DNA of 64,000 nt. Origin: Amoeboaphelidium protococcarum X5 (Eukaryota; Fungi; Aphelidiomycota). The stretch lies in contig JALDTO010000237.1 of assembly GCA_023515725.1 (NCBI GenBank), forward strand, positions 479,573-543,572, in the 5' to 3' direction. The notes beneath the pieces were generated by a model. The model saw only the letters and a program-made list of their open reading frames with translations. It was not told the DNA's origin and ran no database searches. Of the stretch, positions 25,545 through 37,696 are shown piece by piece. Positions within the stretch are counted from its first letter, which is position 1. Every line of letters begins with the position of its first letter. The translations under genes and the position numbers were made by a program.

Positions 25545-26303
25545 ATGGAATTCTAAATTATGCCTACGGATAGCGAGTAAGTTGTGTAGAGAGCGGTAGA
25601 ATTGGCAGAGGATATGGATCCTGAGCAATTGAAATAGTTTGTCACTTATATTCTGGAGAGACCAACGATGAGATCTCTTATGGCCTTGGTACGCGCTTTG
25701 CCTGAGAAATTTCTGGATTTCGCTGAAGAAGGTCCAGATCATGTTGGGGCAGCTTCTAATTAAGCTTCACATAGCAGATCTGAACTGTTTAGGACTCCTC
25801 AAAAAAACGCGTAGGGAATTTAATCTTAATCACGTCAACAAAGTTCTAGTAATAAACAGCGCGGACGGTCCTAGTCACCAAATACTCCGCCACCTGTTAC
25901 TGCTAATCCTCCGGCTAATGTACGCACGTCCGAATAATCGCGTCAGTAGGTCGGAGATAATGCTGCTGCATTTGAATCTGTGCCGCTGAATGAAATCTTT
26001 AATCAACCAGCCATTCTCAGTCCGACTAGATAATCAGCCCAGACTTAGCCACCTCCTGTTGGATCGCCAAGTCGTCACAATTTGCCTTGGGATGATGCTT
26101 AGCGTGATCGATTACTTGCACTTTTAGCTGAACAGAAGGGAATTACATACGTCGCATAATCTATGGGTCGCACTAACAGGGCTATTAACAAGCAATTGCA
26201 GTCGATTCTGGTGAATAAGTTTGGTTAGTTGTCGGATGCTGAAATTTGCAATACACTAAACATTAATCAAAACCTTCTGAATTATGTACGAAACGCAGAA
26301 TGA
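25545..26303 (+). CDS. Hypothetical protein with C-terminal Myb/HTH-like domains (paralog A, 252 aa)
   Basis: N-terminal ALVRALPE domain; C-terminal PWDDAQRDRLLALL...VAQSMGRTNRAINKQL followed by LSDAEICNTLNI. Confidence 0.75.
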
Positions 26304-26521
26304 ATGATATGTCTATTTTATATGGATGATATTACGTGGCAAGCGAAATAATTATGGTCATTTGGCAAAGGATCTTGACAGCGCAGAAGGATAAGAGAAT
26401 GTGTGTTGAATAAATAAAGATTGATTGATTTTTAGCTTGTGAAACCTTGACGATCTCTTCACTCTTTTTTTTAACCAAATATGTGATTTTTTGGAATATT
26501 TTGGTTATTACTGAATGCTGA

Positions 26522-27181
26522 ATGGCTCAATAAAATAGAGATTCTTTGGCGAGAGAGGCTGAGCTGTTAGCAGAAGAGACAAGTATCGATGATTTACAAG
26601 ACTTTGCTCGCTATCTGATGAACAAGCGCACCCTTAGGACTTACATAGCTTTGGTGAGAGCCCTGCCTGAGGATTTCATCGAATTCAGGGGTAACAGTAA
26701 TAGGCGCCCTAACAGTGGTGGAAGCACCAGTAGTAGGAATATCAATAGCGATGTGCAAGGATCCAATGACGGATTTAGTACGCCGGTGTCTGCAGCCCAA
26801 ACGCAATCATCTTCTACCCTTTAATCTCCGGCCGAGATTGCATCCGCGCAGTAGTTAAGAGATTACAACGCCGCTTAGAGCTAAAGCAGCAGCACCTCTC
26901 AGTAGCCTGCACAGCAGCGGTCATAGCGGCAATCTCCATCGCGTGCTAATAAATTCTGGACCAAAAACGATCTGATTACCATGAAAAATGAGCTTGCAAG
27001 TGGGAGATCTTTCGCTCAAGTTGCCAGCAGTTTGGAAAGAAGTCCATTCGCAGTCAAGTGCAAGTTAAAAGAGCAAGTCAATTCACTGGGTCATTTGAAT
27101 AATGCTGAAATTGCTCGAGCAATGCATATGTCAATTCGTTAAGTTGAAGAGGTTAAATACATGCGCCTTCGTAGAAATTGA
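26522..27181 (+). CDS. Hypothetical protein with C-terminal Myb/HTH-like domains (paralog B, 219 aa)
   Basis: N-terminal ALVRALPE domain; FWTKNDLITMKNELASGRSFAQVASSLERSPFAVKCKL followed by LNNAEIARAMHMS. Confidence 0.75.
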
Positions 27182-27488
27182 TCATTTGATTTTGGTGAAT
27201 ATAACTTTTTGATTAGGTGATTAGATAATTGCTTTCGATAATATTAAGAGCTTCATTATATCTTTACTTTTTTCTGTTCACTATCTCTGGATCTTTCAAG
27301 TCTATGTATTCAAGACGTGAAGCTATCCCAGTGTCAAGCATTGTTTGATCAGTTTCGAGCTCTCCTGTATCGATTGGACCGCTTTTGAGAATTCCCATTA
27401 GAAAAACTTACATTTGCTGTGCCAAACCTCTGAATTCCATCATCTACTTTCAGTCATTATAATCTCCTAAAAACAAAGTTTCTTCGAT

Positions 27489-28696
27489 ATGAATTTCATT
27501 AAAGTTAGGCGCTTACTGTCCGCTGCAAGGTAAAGCAATGTGGTTCGAATAGTGGAAGGTAAATTGCATATATTTAATCTAGTCATCTTTTAATCACTTA
27601 AACTTAATCTAATTTGTAGTCGGTCCTAGAGACGGTTTGTAGAATGAAAAACTAACGCTAAGCGCTGCGGAGAGAGTTCAGTTCATAAGAGATCTCTCAA
27701 AGGCTGGTCTGTCTAGAGTGGAAGCTGCTGCCTTTGTCTCTCCACAATGGGTACCATAAGTAAGACAATCCTGACTTTTATTATAGCGCGACAAGTCGCA
27801 ATGTCTTTATTACATTGATGAATATGTAGATGTCAGGCGCGGCTGAGATAATGACCCAGATTAGTTAGAATCAAGTTCCTGGATAGTATTTCCCTGCCCT
27901 GGTGCCTAACATTAAAGGCTTGCAAACATTTATCGAAGCAACTGACAATGCTGCGCAGCCTCTGTAACGTGAAATTGCTATATTCACAGCAGTGTCAGAC
28001 TCTTTTAATTTAAAGAATACTAATGTCAATGTTAAAGCGTCATTGAAGAAGTTTGAACAAGTTATCTCGATGGCTCAGGATAATGGTATTCGCGTTAGAG
28101 GCTATTTGAGTTGTGTATTGGGATGTCCATACGAGGGACTTAATGTGGATTTTACCAAAGTTCGTCAATTGTGTTCTTAATTGCTCGATATGGGCTGTTA
28201 TGAAGTCTCGCTGGGTGATACTATAGGTACGGGCACTGCTGTTAAAGTTGAGTAAATGATAGATTGTCTGCAATAACAATCATCCGCATCATCTTCTGAT
28301 TTATCCCGCATCGCTGTTCACTTTCACGATACATACGGTTAGGCTCTGGCTAATATTCATCAGTCTATTAGAATGGGAATACGTACGGTAGACTCTAGTG
28401 TAAACGGTCTTGGTGGGTGCCCATACGCTTAGGGAGCTAGTGGTAATGTTGCTACCGAGGATGTCCTGTATTTGCTGCGTGATTTGACCGAATCTGACAA
28501 TTTGATATTGGAGATTTTTGATGATTAGTAAGGTGAGATTGCGCACATTTAAGGCCGTGAAGCTATAGACACCATGTTGAGGGAGGTTGCTCTGGTTGGT
28601 AGTCAAATGTCGCGTCGACTTGATCGCCCCATTGGAAGTAAAGTTGCCGCTGCTGTACTGACCAAATCTAATGCTACTAAAAAGAGTAAACTATGA
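27489..28696 (+). CDS. HMGCL: Hydroxymethylglutaryl-CoA lyase; introns 27559-27619 and 27760-27829
   Basis: VRIVEVGPRDGLQNE, FVSPQWVPQM, EVSLGDTIG, AVHFHDTYGQALAN, GLGGCPYAQGASGNVATED; GT-AG introns. Confidence 0.95.
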
Positions 28697-28885
28697 TTAA
28701 TAAATTTAAAGTTGCTTTAGCCTCACACTTCACTCTGAGCTCCGTCCCTTGCTTAATCTTGTGTAACAGATCATCGAAATCATAATGTTACAGCAGCAAA
28801 CACGATTGTTTAGAATTGCTTGTTGTGCAACTAACTGTGACCTTCTTCATATTCCATTTCATCAAGAATATTATTAATATCAGAT

Positions 28886-29515
28886 ATGAATGACAAATTA
28901 AGTGACAAGCTTAGTGAGCAAAGTGAGGAAAATGAAAGACTCCTGTCAGTGATCGATGTGGGCAATGTGGTGCAGGGCTCTTACACAGCTCTTAATACAT
29001 GGCTGATTGATTTCAAAAAATTTATCGCTCGCAGCTCAACAGTCAATGTCGGATTGGGTATAATAGTGGGTGGGATATTTAGTGAACTGGTTTCAAGCTT
29101 CCTAAAGGACATCTTGATGCCCCCACTTGAATTGGGATTCGGCAACTCTCTCGTCAATCTATTCATCGTGTTGAAACCTGGCAAATCTAGGCGTGATTAC
29201 TACACCACTTTAGAAGAGGCTGTGGCGGATGGTGCAGTAACCGAGAATTATGGACAATTTCTGCAGATTCTCGTCTAGTTTCTAATCATTGTATTCATTC
29301 TTTACTGGCTGATAAAAGCATACACCGCATTTACTGAGAAATTCGAGCGAGAGCTGATGTAGATGAACATCAGCAGGGGTGAAAGTGTTAGCTAATCATC
29401 AGCAATATGTCCTCATTGTCTCGAGCAAGTCAAGCTGCTAGCATCTAGATGTCCGCATTGTACCTCCTAAATTAAGTAGTAACAAATAGCTTATGACTCC
29501 ACAGACAAGTCTTGA
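28886..29515 (+). CDS. mscL: Large-conductance mechanosensitive channel MscL (fungal type, with C-terminal CxxC...CxxC)
   Basis: DFKKFIARSSTVNVGLGIIVGGIFSELVSSFLKDILMPP, YTTLEEAVADGAVTENYGQFL, CPHC...ASRCPHCTS. Confidence 0.88.
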
Positions 29516-29744
29516 AATATAATATATCTGCCTCATCTGAATCCCGCGTTCCACAGTTTCACTTTCTTATTTGTTGTTTCAACTCCATTGTTCAAAGCGG
29601 GGGTTCTTTTAGTGTTATCTGATGATCTGAAACCGTGTTGACGCGTTTCAGTCACTCACTCATTCTCTTTATCACACATAAGTTGAAACAACTGTAAACA
29701 TACTTGTTATATCTCATATTCACTTAACTCTTTTACCTTATACT

Positions 29745-31615
29745 TAACAAATATCACAATCTCGTACTCTAGCTATGCTCTTTTGGTTAATGATAAAATA
29801 GTCTATTCTTGATTATGATTTAACACCATTTACAATGTAGACAGAGTGGGTAAAGCATCTCTTGTCTGGGTTAAGAAGTCTCCAGATATCAATCAGTCTA
29901 TGCTTGTACTGTTCATTAGTAATTTGACGCATTATTTTAACTTCGGCTTGGTAGAACTTTGGCGAGATCTGCTGTCTCCGACTATGAATCTGTAAATAGA
30001 TGGGTCGAGAGCACAGTCCCAGTCTCCACCAAAGACAGTATGTACTGAGTTATCGGATTGTGCTAGAACTTCTTCTATTTCACTTGCAAATTTTTCTAAT
30101 TCAGATTAGCTCTCCTTCTTGCCAGGAGAAGGTGGTAGGTAGAAGCATACTGTAAGCATGTCTTTGTCTTTACATCTAAGTTGTATACATGTAATTCTTC
30201 CTTCTAATTAAGAAACTTCCTAAATGCATCCTTACCAGCATTTGGCGAATATAATCGCCGTGCCTTTTCCATGTTTGTCATATTTATTGAAGCCATCGTT
30301 GTGATCAGTGATTATATCATAGTATTAATTTAGGATTCTATACTTCTTTATCCATTTACTAAACTCTTCAGCGGATGCTCAGGTCTCAGTCAACATGAGA
30401 AACTCAATTTACTTGGTGCTATCGAGGGCAGCTTCTTGAAGCATTCAGGATGGTAGATTTCTTTATAGTGCCGTCAGCTCTTCCGAAGAGACTCTACACT
30501 TTTTGATCAATGATGTGGATATGATTATAACTATATATATTAACTTTTGGAGGGTTTAATAAAGATCTAAAATTGATGTAGGCGTCATCCAGCTAAGATA
30601 TTCTATTTAAGTTTGGCTACTTCGAATCAAAATGAACCTCAGCTTCGTTGTCTGAGCGAGGGGTGGAAGCGCGAAAATCAGACAGAGATTTGAGATCACT
30701 GATTGAAATTTGTTATTTGTTAATATCATTTTCCCTTCCGTCGTTGGAGTTATTAGCTGGAAATCCTACTTTCATACTCATCTTGCTCTTCTTTAAGCTT
30801 CTGGGTGGATACGATACAGAGCTGGTGACTTATGTTCACTGTGAGGGAAGACAAATCCTTTCGATGCAAAAAAGTCTTAAACCTGTTTCATGCTTTCCGC
30901 ATTGCCAAAATCAAATTAGACCTCAATTGCATTATCTGTCAGTTGCCAGTATTCATAGTACTTAATCTAAATTTAGTTGGCTTTGAAAAAATGATTGATG
31001 CGTTACGTGTGAAGAACTCTGGTAGCCTTGTGTATGATGGTGCCTGCTAGACGAAGTTGTACGCTGGGTAATTGTCATCCTGGATGAATATTTTACCATT
31101 ATAATCTCCAACTCTGGCATTAGCGCTTTTACATTAATTCCCTAGATCTCTTCTGCTACATAGACCGTTATGCGTCTTACAGAATATTCATTGGATTCTC
31201 CCATGATCGTATGTGTAGCACCAGAGTTACGCGTATTCCATTTGTTATGTTTGGATGGGGGTCTCTATGTAGAGTTTTTATCTTAGCTATAGCCAGGTCG
31301 AAAGTGATGTCATCCGGCGCCCAAACCCAGTATCTATGATGCAGATGCATTGGATTATATCTAGGAGCCTAAGATTCTTAGAAGTCGGTTGTTAGAGCTG
31401 CAGTCTCTTGTTCATGTTTCGGCAGCCATTGTGACTCTAGATTAATGCGTAGTTTGATACTCCTCTAATTCTTGGCTATTATACATCGTCTTGTCCTCAA
31501 AGCGCTAAAAAAGCCACTTGGATCACCTGCCTACTATTACGAATTCGTTTAATCCATCATCATTTCTACTTGCTCTTCTAGTTCTTTGTATACATCTTCA
31601 AGTTCTTAGGAATAA
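29745..31615 (-). mobile_element. Degenerate non-LTR retrotransposon (L1-like) fragment: APE endonuclease plus upstream remnant, no RT seen
   Basis: APE motifs MLTET, GKGTAII, GRI, YLPP, GGDWD, LIDIWRLLNP...FTH, SRIDYF at about 29780-30410, with TGA stops and frameshifts. Confidence 0.8.
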
Positions 31616-31619
31616 GATC

Positions 31620-32259
31620 GCAGACATGTGCCTTCTTCAAGTAAACAGCCATATCAAGCATCGGAACGGCATCATCGGAAAACATGGCGACAAGATAATG
31701 CTAAAGAATGACCGGTGCGTGTATATAACATAAACCGCTTAGCTGAACGCGTTCCACGTAGGCATGGGGCTTGTCCTTGAGTAACTTATGATCGCGGAAA
31801 ATTACATAACTATTTTCGGGACCCCATTCCGGATGCTTGCCAACAAAAGCATCAAACAAAGTCCCCTCATCGTCGAAGTTCTTGCCGACCTTTCCTATAA
31901 CAACAATCCTTCTAAGTCGCTCACGGGCCTATTTCAATTTATTGCGCGCCTCATCAGATACCATTGCACGATCAGGATTGAGAAGATTGTCAAATTTCTT
32001 CGTTCGTACCACACTTTCCTCGTCTCGAATAATACCCTTTGCATACAGGAAAAAAACGCAAAACATCTTTCATCTCTTCTTCTGTTAGCCCGTCCGCCTT
32101 AATCAGAGCCATGGCAGAATTTGCGTCGTCGTCCGATAATTTCCAAGAATTTCGACGCTTCTCAATAACGGCTACCTCCGTAGTCACAGCTGCACTGATC
32201 TTAGCTGCTTTCGTGGACGATGGCGAATCAGACAATATCTTTCGTTTTCTGCTCGACAT
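31620..32259 (-). pseudogene. Truncated, frameshifted papain-like cysteine peptidase gene
   Basis: Reconstructed LRFFLYAKGII...HPEW...FRDHKLLKDKPHAYVERVQLSGLCYIHAPVILQHYLV (QxxGxCY catalytic Cys motif); about 3 single-base frameshifts; 3' half replaced by the LINE relic. Confidence 0.6.
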
Positions 32260-32531
32260 TTACAAGAGATGAAGAAATGAAAGTAAATGAAATCTATAAT
32301 CACGTGTTTTGTTAGTCGTGTAAGAGAATAACCGGCAAGATCACGTGTTTACTTTAATATCTGCCTGTAAACAATATGCAGTAGGCAAAGGAAATCAGGT
32401 GAATCGAAATGAGGCAAGGAAGACGTCTGCTTGTTACACAATTGAAAACAATTCGGAGTCATCGTGACTTAGAAAGAACAATAAGAATACGTGCGGTCCG
32501 AGGCCACAAATTGAGTAAATATATTGATTTT

Positions 32532-33035
32532 TCAAATTGATTAAAAAACGAGATCGACTTAGTTCTTGATCTCTTGATTTTTCTCCACCGTCAAAACAGC
32601 CTTCTCGATGTCGAGGTCTTCCGAGTCAGTGTGTAAAGGATTGATACCACCGCAAGTGACCTTGAAGATTGTAATTGACACTAAAAAAGCCATCCCGATC
32701 AACATGAACAGAACATATGGACTCCCAAAGCTTAAGAGAGTAGCCCAAGCGCATAGTGCATGGCCGGCTCCAAGTACAAACACGTTCGAAGGGAAAAAAT
32801 AGAACCAGTCCAGTAAACAAGGGATCAGCGAACAAATTGACACAAACACGGAAAGTACTGCTAGGATGGCGTACAAGACAATAACCGGCAGGATCACGGG
32901 CAATCCAATATATAGCAACGCAAAGCTTAATATAAGAACGAGAGGTGTTGAGAAAATTCCATAGATCCATCCAAGCCCATATGCGGCCAGTGAAAAGACA
33001 CCATTTAAATCAGGAGTATTTTGGATCGAGTACAT
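32532..33035 (-). CDS. Hypothetical multi-pass membrane protein (start uncertain)
   Basis: Open frame with 4-5 hydrophobic segments ending at TGA 32532. Confidence 0.5.
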
Positions 33036-34205
33036 CAGATAAAAGCTTTTGACCAAAAATACTGCGCTGTTTACCTTACTTACTTTTCAATATTGTAAAT
33101 AAAATGAATGGATGTTGTTCTTCTAGAGTACTCTTAGGAATGTGGAGGTGAAATCCCCTTTTCAATAAGTTGTGGGGTAAATTGCGCCAATATCACGCGT
33201 TTACTTAAGTTTTTTGCCACTTTTTGGATAAGTTATTGCCCTAATGTTATGGCGCAAAATCCACGCTCTTTGTATATGTTATACAGATTTGAGACCTCTA
33301 TCGAAAGGTACTTATTTAATATATGTCTCATAAGTATTTTTTGAGTTATTCTTGAATTTATTAAAATATTTAAATTAACTTTTTTTGTAGTGAGTTATTC
33401 TAGCACTTAGAATAGCACTAACAAAAACTGGCAAATCAAAAATAGGGAATCAATTAAAATGGTGTCAAAAATCAATTTAAAAGCTTCAGACGATTTCCCA
33501 GTGTAGAATATATTTACATGACCAATTTTTATTCAGTTTTATCATTAATTTGATAGTGTTTCAACACGAAATAGTTAATCACCATGCCAAAATTTTCATC
33601 AAAGTATTGTTGTGAAAATTAGCGCAAAACATAGCGACTGATTGGAACGAGCGCGCACGGAAATGCGCTCATTAATCAAATACATTATAATACGTATCGT
33701 ATTGGATGTGACTTGAGGAAAAGGGATATTGCACATACTGCGCAAGAATATAGACGCGTATATACATCCTTCTTCATGAGATTGTTTTACCGGGCTTTCG
33801 TTACAGTCCACTTGGTGTATTCTAAAGCAATCGGCCAATGCAATTTGCACACTGGTGACACAATTTTATCAACTGAGAACGCCAGTTTATTGTTAGACAA
33901 ATTTAACCAGTAAGAAAATCAGAGTAACGTATCTTTGTGCTAACTACACTCAATGTGAGTAGATTATATTCTGTTGGGACGCGTGTCAGTATTGTTGCAA
34001 GTCTTGATGATTGGATCATTGTTTACACATCATTTACTGAGTCTTGGAAGCTATTAATAATACGCGTCCATAATGAACAATAATAAACTCTTCTCTGTAG
34101 TGAAATAAATTTTCGTACTCTTGAGACGGTACCGTGCCGAACAATGAGCAATATCAATACATAACAACGTCTGCCGCGCTCCACGAGTTTCATTGCTATT
34201 GCTGA

Positions 34206-34784
34206 TTGGTGCTGGGTGATTAGGAGGCGAACTACACCTACTGTCCCTTTTGTGACAGCAACGCGCGTTATGAAAAGTCCCTCTATTACAGTGGGCATCT
34301 GGTTGTCGAGTGTCCTGTCGCTATGGACATGCCCGCTGATATGTTAAGGTAGTTCGTCTAGTACCTTTTGAAGAGGTAGGTTGGTCCGGCCAACCACGTC
34401 CTCCTTGTGGCAGCGTACTGTCATGTCCAAAAGAAGTACATGCTGTACACCAATGACATTAGTGCGCCTCCGCTCCTTCTCTCCCGCGAGTAGCTGCTGG
34501 AGTGTCCTCCTGCTGTGGTAAAGGCTCTGACGCGATTATATCAAAAGTCTTATACATTGGAAGAGATGTGTCGTTCTGCGCTGGAGTAGAACTACCAACT
34601 CCATGCACGTATCCACGGCAAGCAATCAGATACGTGCTTTCTCTGCGAGCAGAAGCCTGCACCAGCCGCTAACTGCACTCTTGGAATGTCTTCTTTGCCT
34701 CTGCCCAGACTGATGGTGCCTCCCGCCCTCCTTCTTATATCACAATACCGACGCTTCCAAAGACACTTAATACTGTTTTTATGA
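34206..34784 (+). pseudogene. Degenerate Cys/His-containing frame, possibly a non-LTR retrotransposon C-terminal zinc-finger relic
   Basis: YCPFCD...GHLVVECP and LHARIHGKQSDTCFLC resemble zf-RVT; no in-frame start upstream of the first motif. Confidence 0.3.
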
Positions 34785-35047
34785 AAATCTATCTCAAATC
34801 GCCACTCTCTTAAAATATAGATCATAGTAGCGCAGAGGGGTGAAATATTAATTTCAGCTCTGCAACTTCCAATGGGGATCGCATTGTTTCAAATTTGTCG
34901 CGTATGCCAAAGGATATGCCCCAACCTTATTTTATGAAGTGGCACGCGGAGCTACAAACTTCAAACTAGAAAGATGAATAGTATTTAGCACAAATTTAAG
35001 CGTTAGAGAAGATAAATGTAATTTCACTGGCTAAAAATGTGCTTTAT

Positions 35048-36316
35048 TCAACGAGGCCTTTTATCAAGATCAATCAATAGCTGTTCCAAATCACGGACTT
35101 CGTCTTCCGGCATAATACGAACACGCGAATACATAGGTGCTATATTAATAAATCCTGATAAGAATTTAGGCTAAATTAACTAGAGCTTTTAAGAACGAGC
35201 TACTTTCTGATCGTCTTCGCCATCCCTCTTTCTCTTATTGCCTATTTGCTTACCAGTAGAGATCCCAGTGGATTGAAACTCATACGACTTTAACGGCGTC
35301 TTCGTCTATGAGAGGTCATCTTCCAATGATACGTCGCGATCATCATCACCGCAAGCTAGCAAACAAATAGATATTACAGATAATATCACACCCGTCATCT
35401 GCTCAATGCAGTAAGAACGAGCCACCATTTCCTTAGAGTAAGGTTCTCTGTCGTCGGCAGAGTCGCTGCTCCCAAACGGCCAGGTGTGTATAGCTTCACG
35501 GGCATCATTTTCCACGAATACTTTAAAAGCTTGCTAAGAATAGAGAATAGTTGGGCATCCTGCCCGATACATCGTCGAAATCATCTGGATGCCACGTGAG
35601 CCATGATGCCATGGTTTATCTGTAGGAAATGCCGATGCTTTCTTACATTCAGTTGCCAACAAAGCATTTCCAGACCAACCTCTGAACAAAGTGTCAGATC
35701 TGCCGCGAATATCGTAATGTGGTCGAGACAAGATACCACCAATGACAAATGATTAATTGTGGAAACCCCTGACTGTAATATCAAGACATGAACCAACTTA
35801 CACCACAAGAGCATCAAACGAATCTTATATTATACTTTCGCTTCCGGACAAATTTAAACTAACGAATTCGCGATAAAGTCGTTAAATTTTAGAATTATTC
35901 ATTACTTTCTAATTTACAATATCAAGCCAATTTGATGGTGCACCAACGATAGCGGCCAATGCGCCAAGAGAGTCTATAGGCTGCAGGCTTCTGTAAATAA
36001 AAGGATTTAAAACCAGGTGCATCATTGCGGAGGCAGTAGGCTTTTTTACAATCTAAATATCACCAAGCGAAGCATTAGGTGACTCAACGAACTGCCACAC
36101 ACCAGCTTCTTCATCAAGATACACGCGATTAGCTTGCAGCTTCGCACTCATTAACTAGTTTAAATTTTGCTCCACATTGATTTCCTCCGGTAATTCGAGT
36201 GACTCTACAGAGACCTAGGATTCAACATCGCTTTCACTAAAGTAGCTATCAATATCAGAGTTGACTCGGATGTTTATGATCTCTTATTCACTTTTAAACT
36301 TAGGACCATGAAGCAT
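35048..36316 (-). CDS. Putative PD-(D/E)xK restriction-endonuclease-fold protein (422 aa)
   Basis: Intact table-6 ORF; SESIIQ...IRGRSDTLF...LLATECKK...SRGIQ; basic KRKR near the C-terminus. Confidence 0.65.
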
Positions 36317-37298
36317 CTTGTTAGTGTATATACAGAGGTTATAAAATCTGTGAAAAAGAAATGAAATGTGCAAGTACAGTGGAATCTTAGTTTCAATCTC
36401 ATTGGTAGAATTGGAAGGGACGGTCCTTTAAAGCCCCTCGTTTTTACACTGAAATTCAGTTCATGTGAATCGTTCTGTTTCAAGATTGAGTTACAAATAA
36501 TCGATGGTTTCATAGTAGCATCAATATATATTGTTATGCCGACTTTTTGTGCTATTTATGAAAGCATCCTGTAGTATTATCTCTTTAGAAACAACTAATT
36601 ACTATGTCAGATACAGGTATACGTTGAGAATTTATTTCACCGTAAGGTACATGTAAATTCAGTTTTCTAGTTAAGTTCAATCCTTCTCAAAAATGTTGTA
36701 CGCGAAATTGTAATTCAACTTCCGTCTACGAGCCTCACGACGCTCAAAATCCGAGAAATGATGCTTATTCCTTTCAGGCGCACGTAATATAACCACGAAT
36801 GTTCTGGGACATCTTCGGTTGGCGTCCTGTCCGCCAAGGAAGATTTAAGACCCGGTTACCTGCAAATCAGCAAGAGCTTGCATTGTTATGTCACGGAGTT
36901 ATTCGATGGAGAATTAACTTTGGTTGCAGTTGAGTTGACCTGGCGCAGTGGACTTTTTGCATGAAATACTTGATGTCTATGTGCATATCTTGCTGAAATA
37001 CTATCGCGCTGTAATTAATGTTTGGTCGCTATATCAATAAGTATTTCGTTTGCTAGTCATTGTTATTGCATCATACTGTGATTATCTTTGCGTCTGGGTA
37101 AGTTGGGTAAATTGGCACACGTGTTAAGTACTGCTACGGAGGCGCTCATTGGTGCTGCAGATGATGAAGGGCTTATGCAATGAATTTAAGCAAGGTGTCA
37201 TGCTAAATTGGTCAAGGTTAAGGTGATGGTGTCCAGTGCAATGCCAGGTTGAGTTTTTGGGCTTTGTTACGTTGTTGGGACAATTCGAAGATTACAGT

Positions 37299-37383
37299 TG
37301 CTACTACGGGGATATGTGGGTACCCCGATGAAAAGATCGTCGGAGCTTTTTTGAAAGTGTACGAGTGATCGCTGAACCCGCAT
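37299..37383 (+). ncRNA. Orphan Fanzor omegaRNA scaffold / transposon right end (copy 2)
   Basis: 71/85 identical by hand alignment to the reverse complement of 40416-40499; compensatory pair changes; ends in CCCGCAT. Confidence 0.7.
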
Positions 37384-37658
37384 GAGCGTGAGCTGAAAGA
37401 GATGAACATTAGCAAGGGTGAAAGTGTCAGCTACTCATCAGCTGTATGTCCCCATTGTCTCGAGCAAGTCAAACTTCTAGCATCTAGATGTCCTCATTGC
37501 ACCTCTTAGATTAAGTAGTGAAAAATAGCTTTTGACTCCACTGATCAGTCTTGAAATAGAGCAGTTTCCGTCTCTTCTGATTTCGCGTTTCACAATTTCT
37601 GATTCTTCTTTGTTGTTTCAACTCCATTGTTCTGAGCGGGGGTTCTTTTAGTGTTATC
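37384..37658 (+). pseudogene. mscL: 5'-truncated mscL paralog (3' coding part plus flank), homologous to 29345-29619
   Basis: Colinear 275-bp match with mostly synonymous differences; encodes ERELKEMNISKGESVS...CPHC...RCPHCTSQIKQ*. Confidence 0.85.
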
Positions 37659-37696
37659 AACACACTCAAATAACACTAAATATCACAGTAAAAGGC

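Noticed and set aside
33182-33257. TTGCGCCA...TGGCGCAA inverted repeat
   Set aside because: Only 8 bp, with no associated element or target-site duplication; compatible with chance.
37100-37298. Possible decayed Fanzor C-terminus (DDEG-AY-like) upstream of the orphan omegaRNA
   Set aside because: It needs a frameshift and the similarity is too weak to support by eye.
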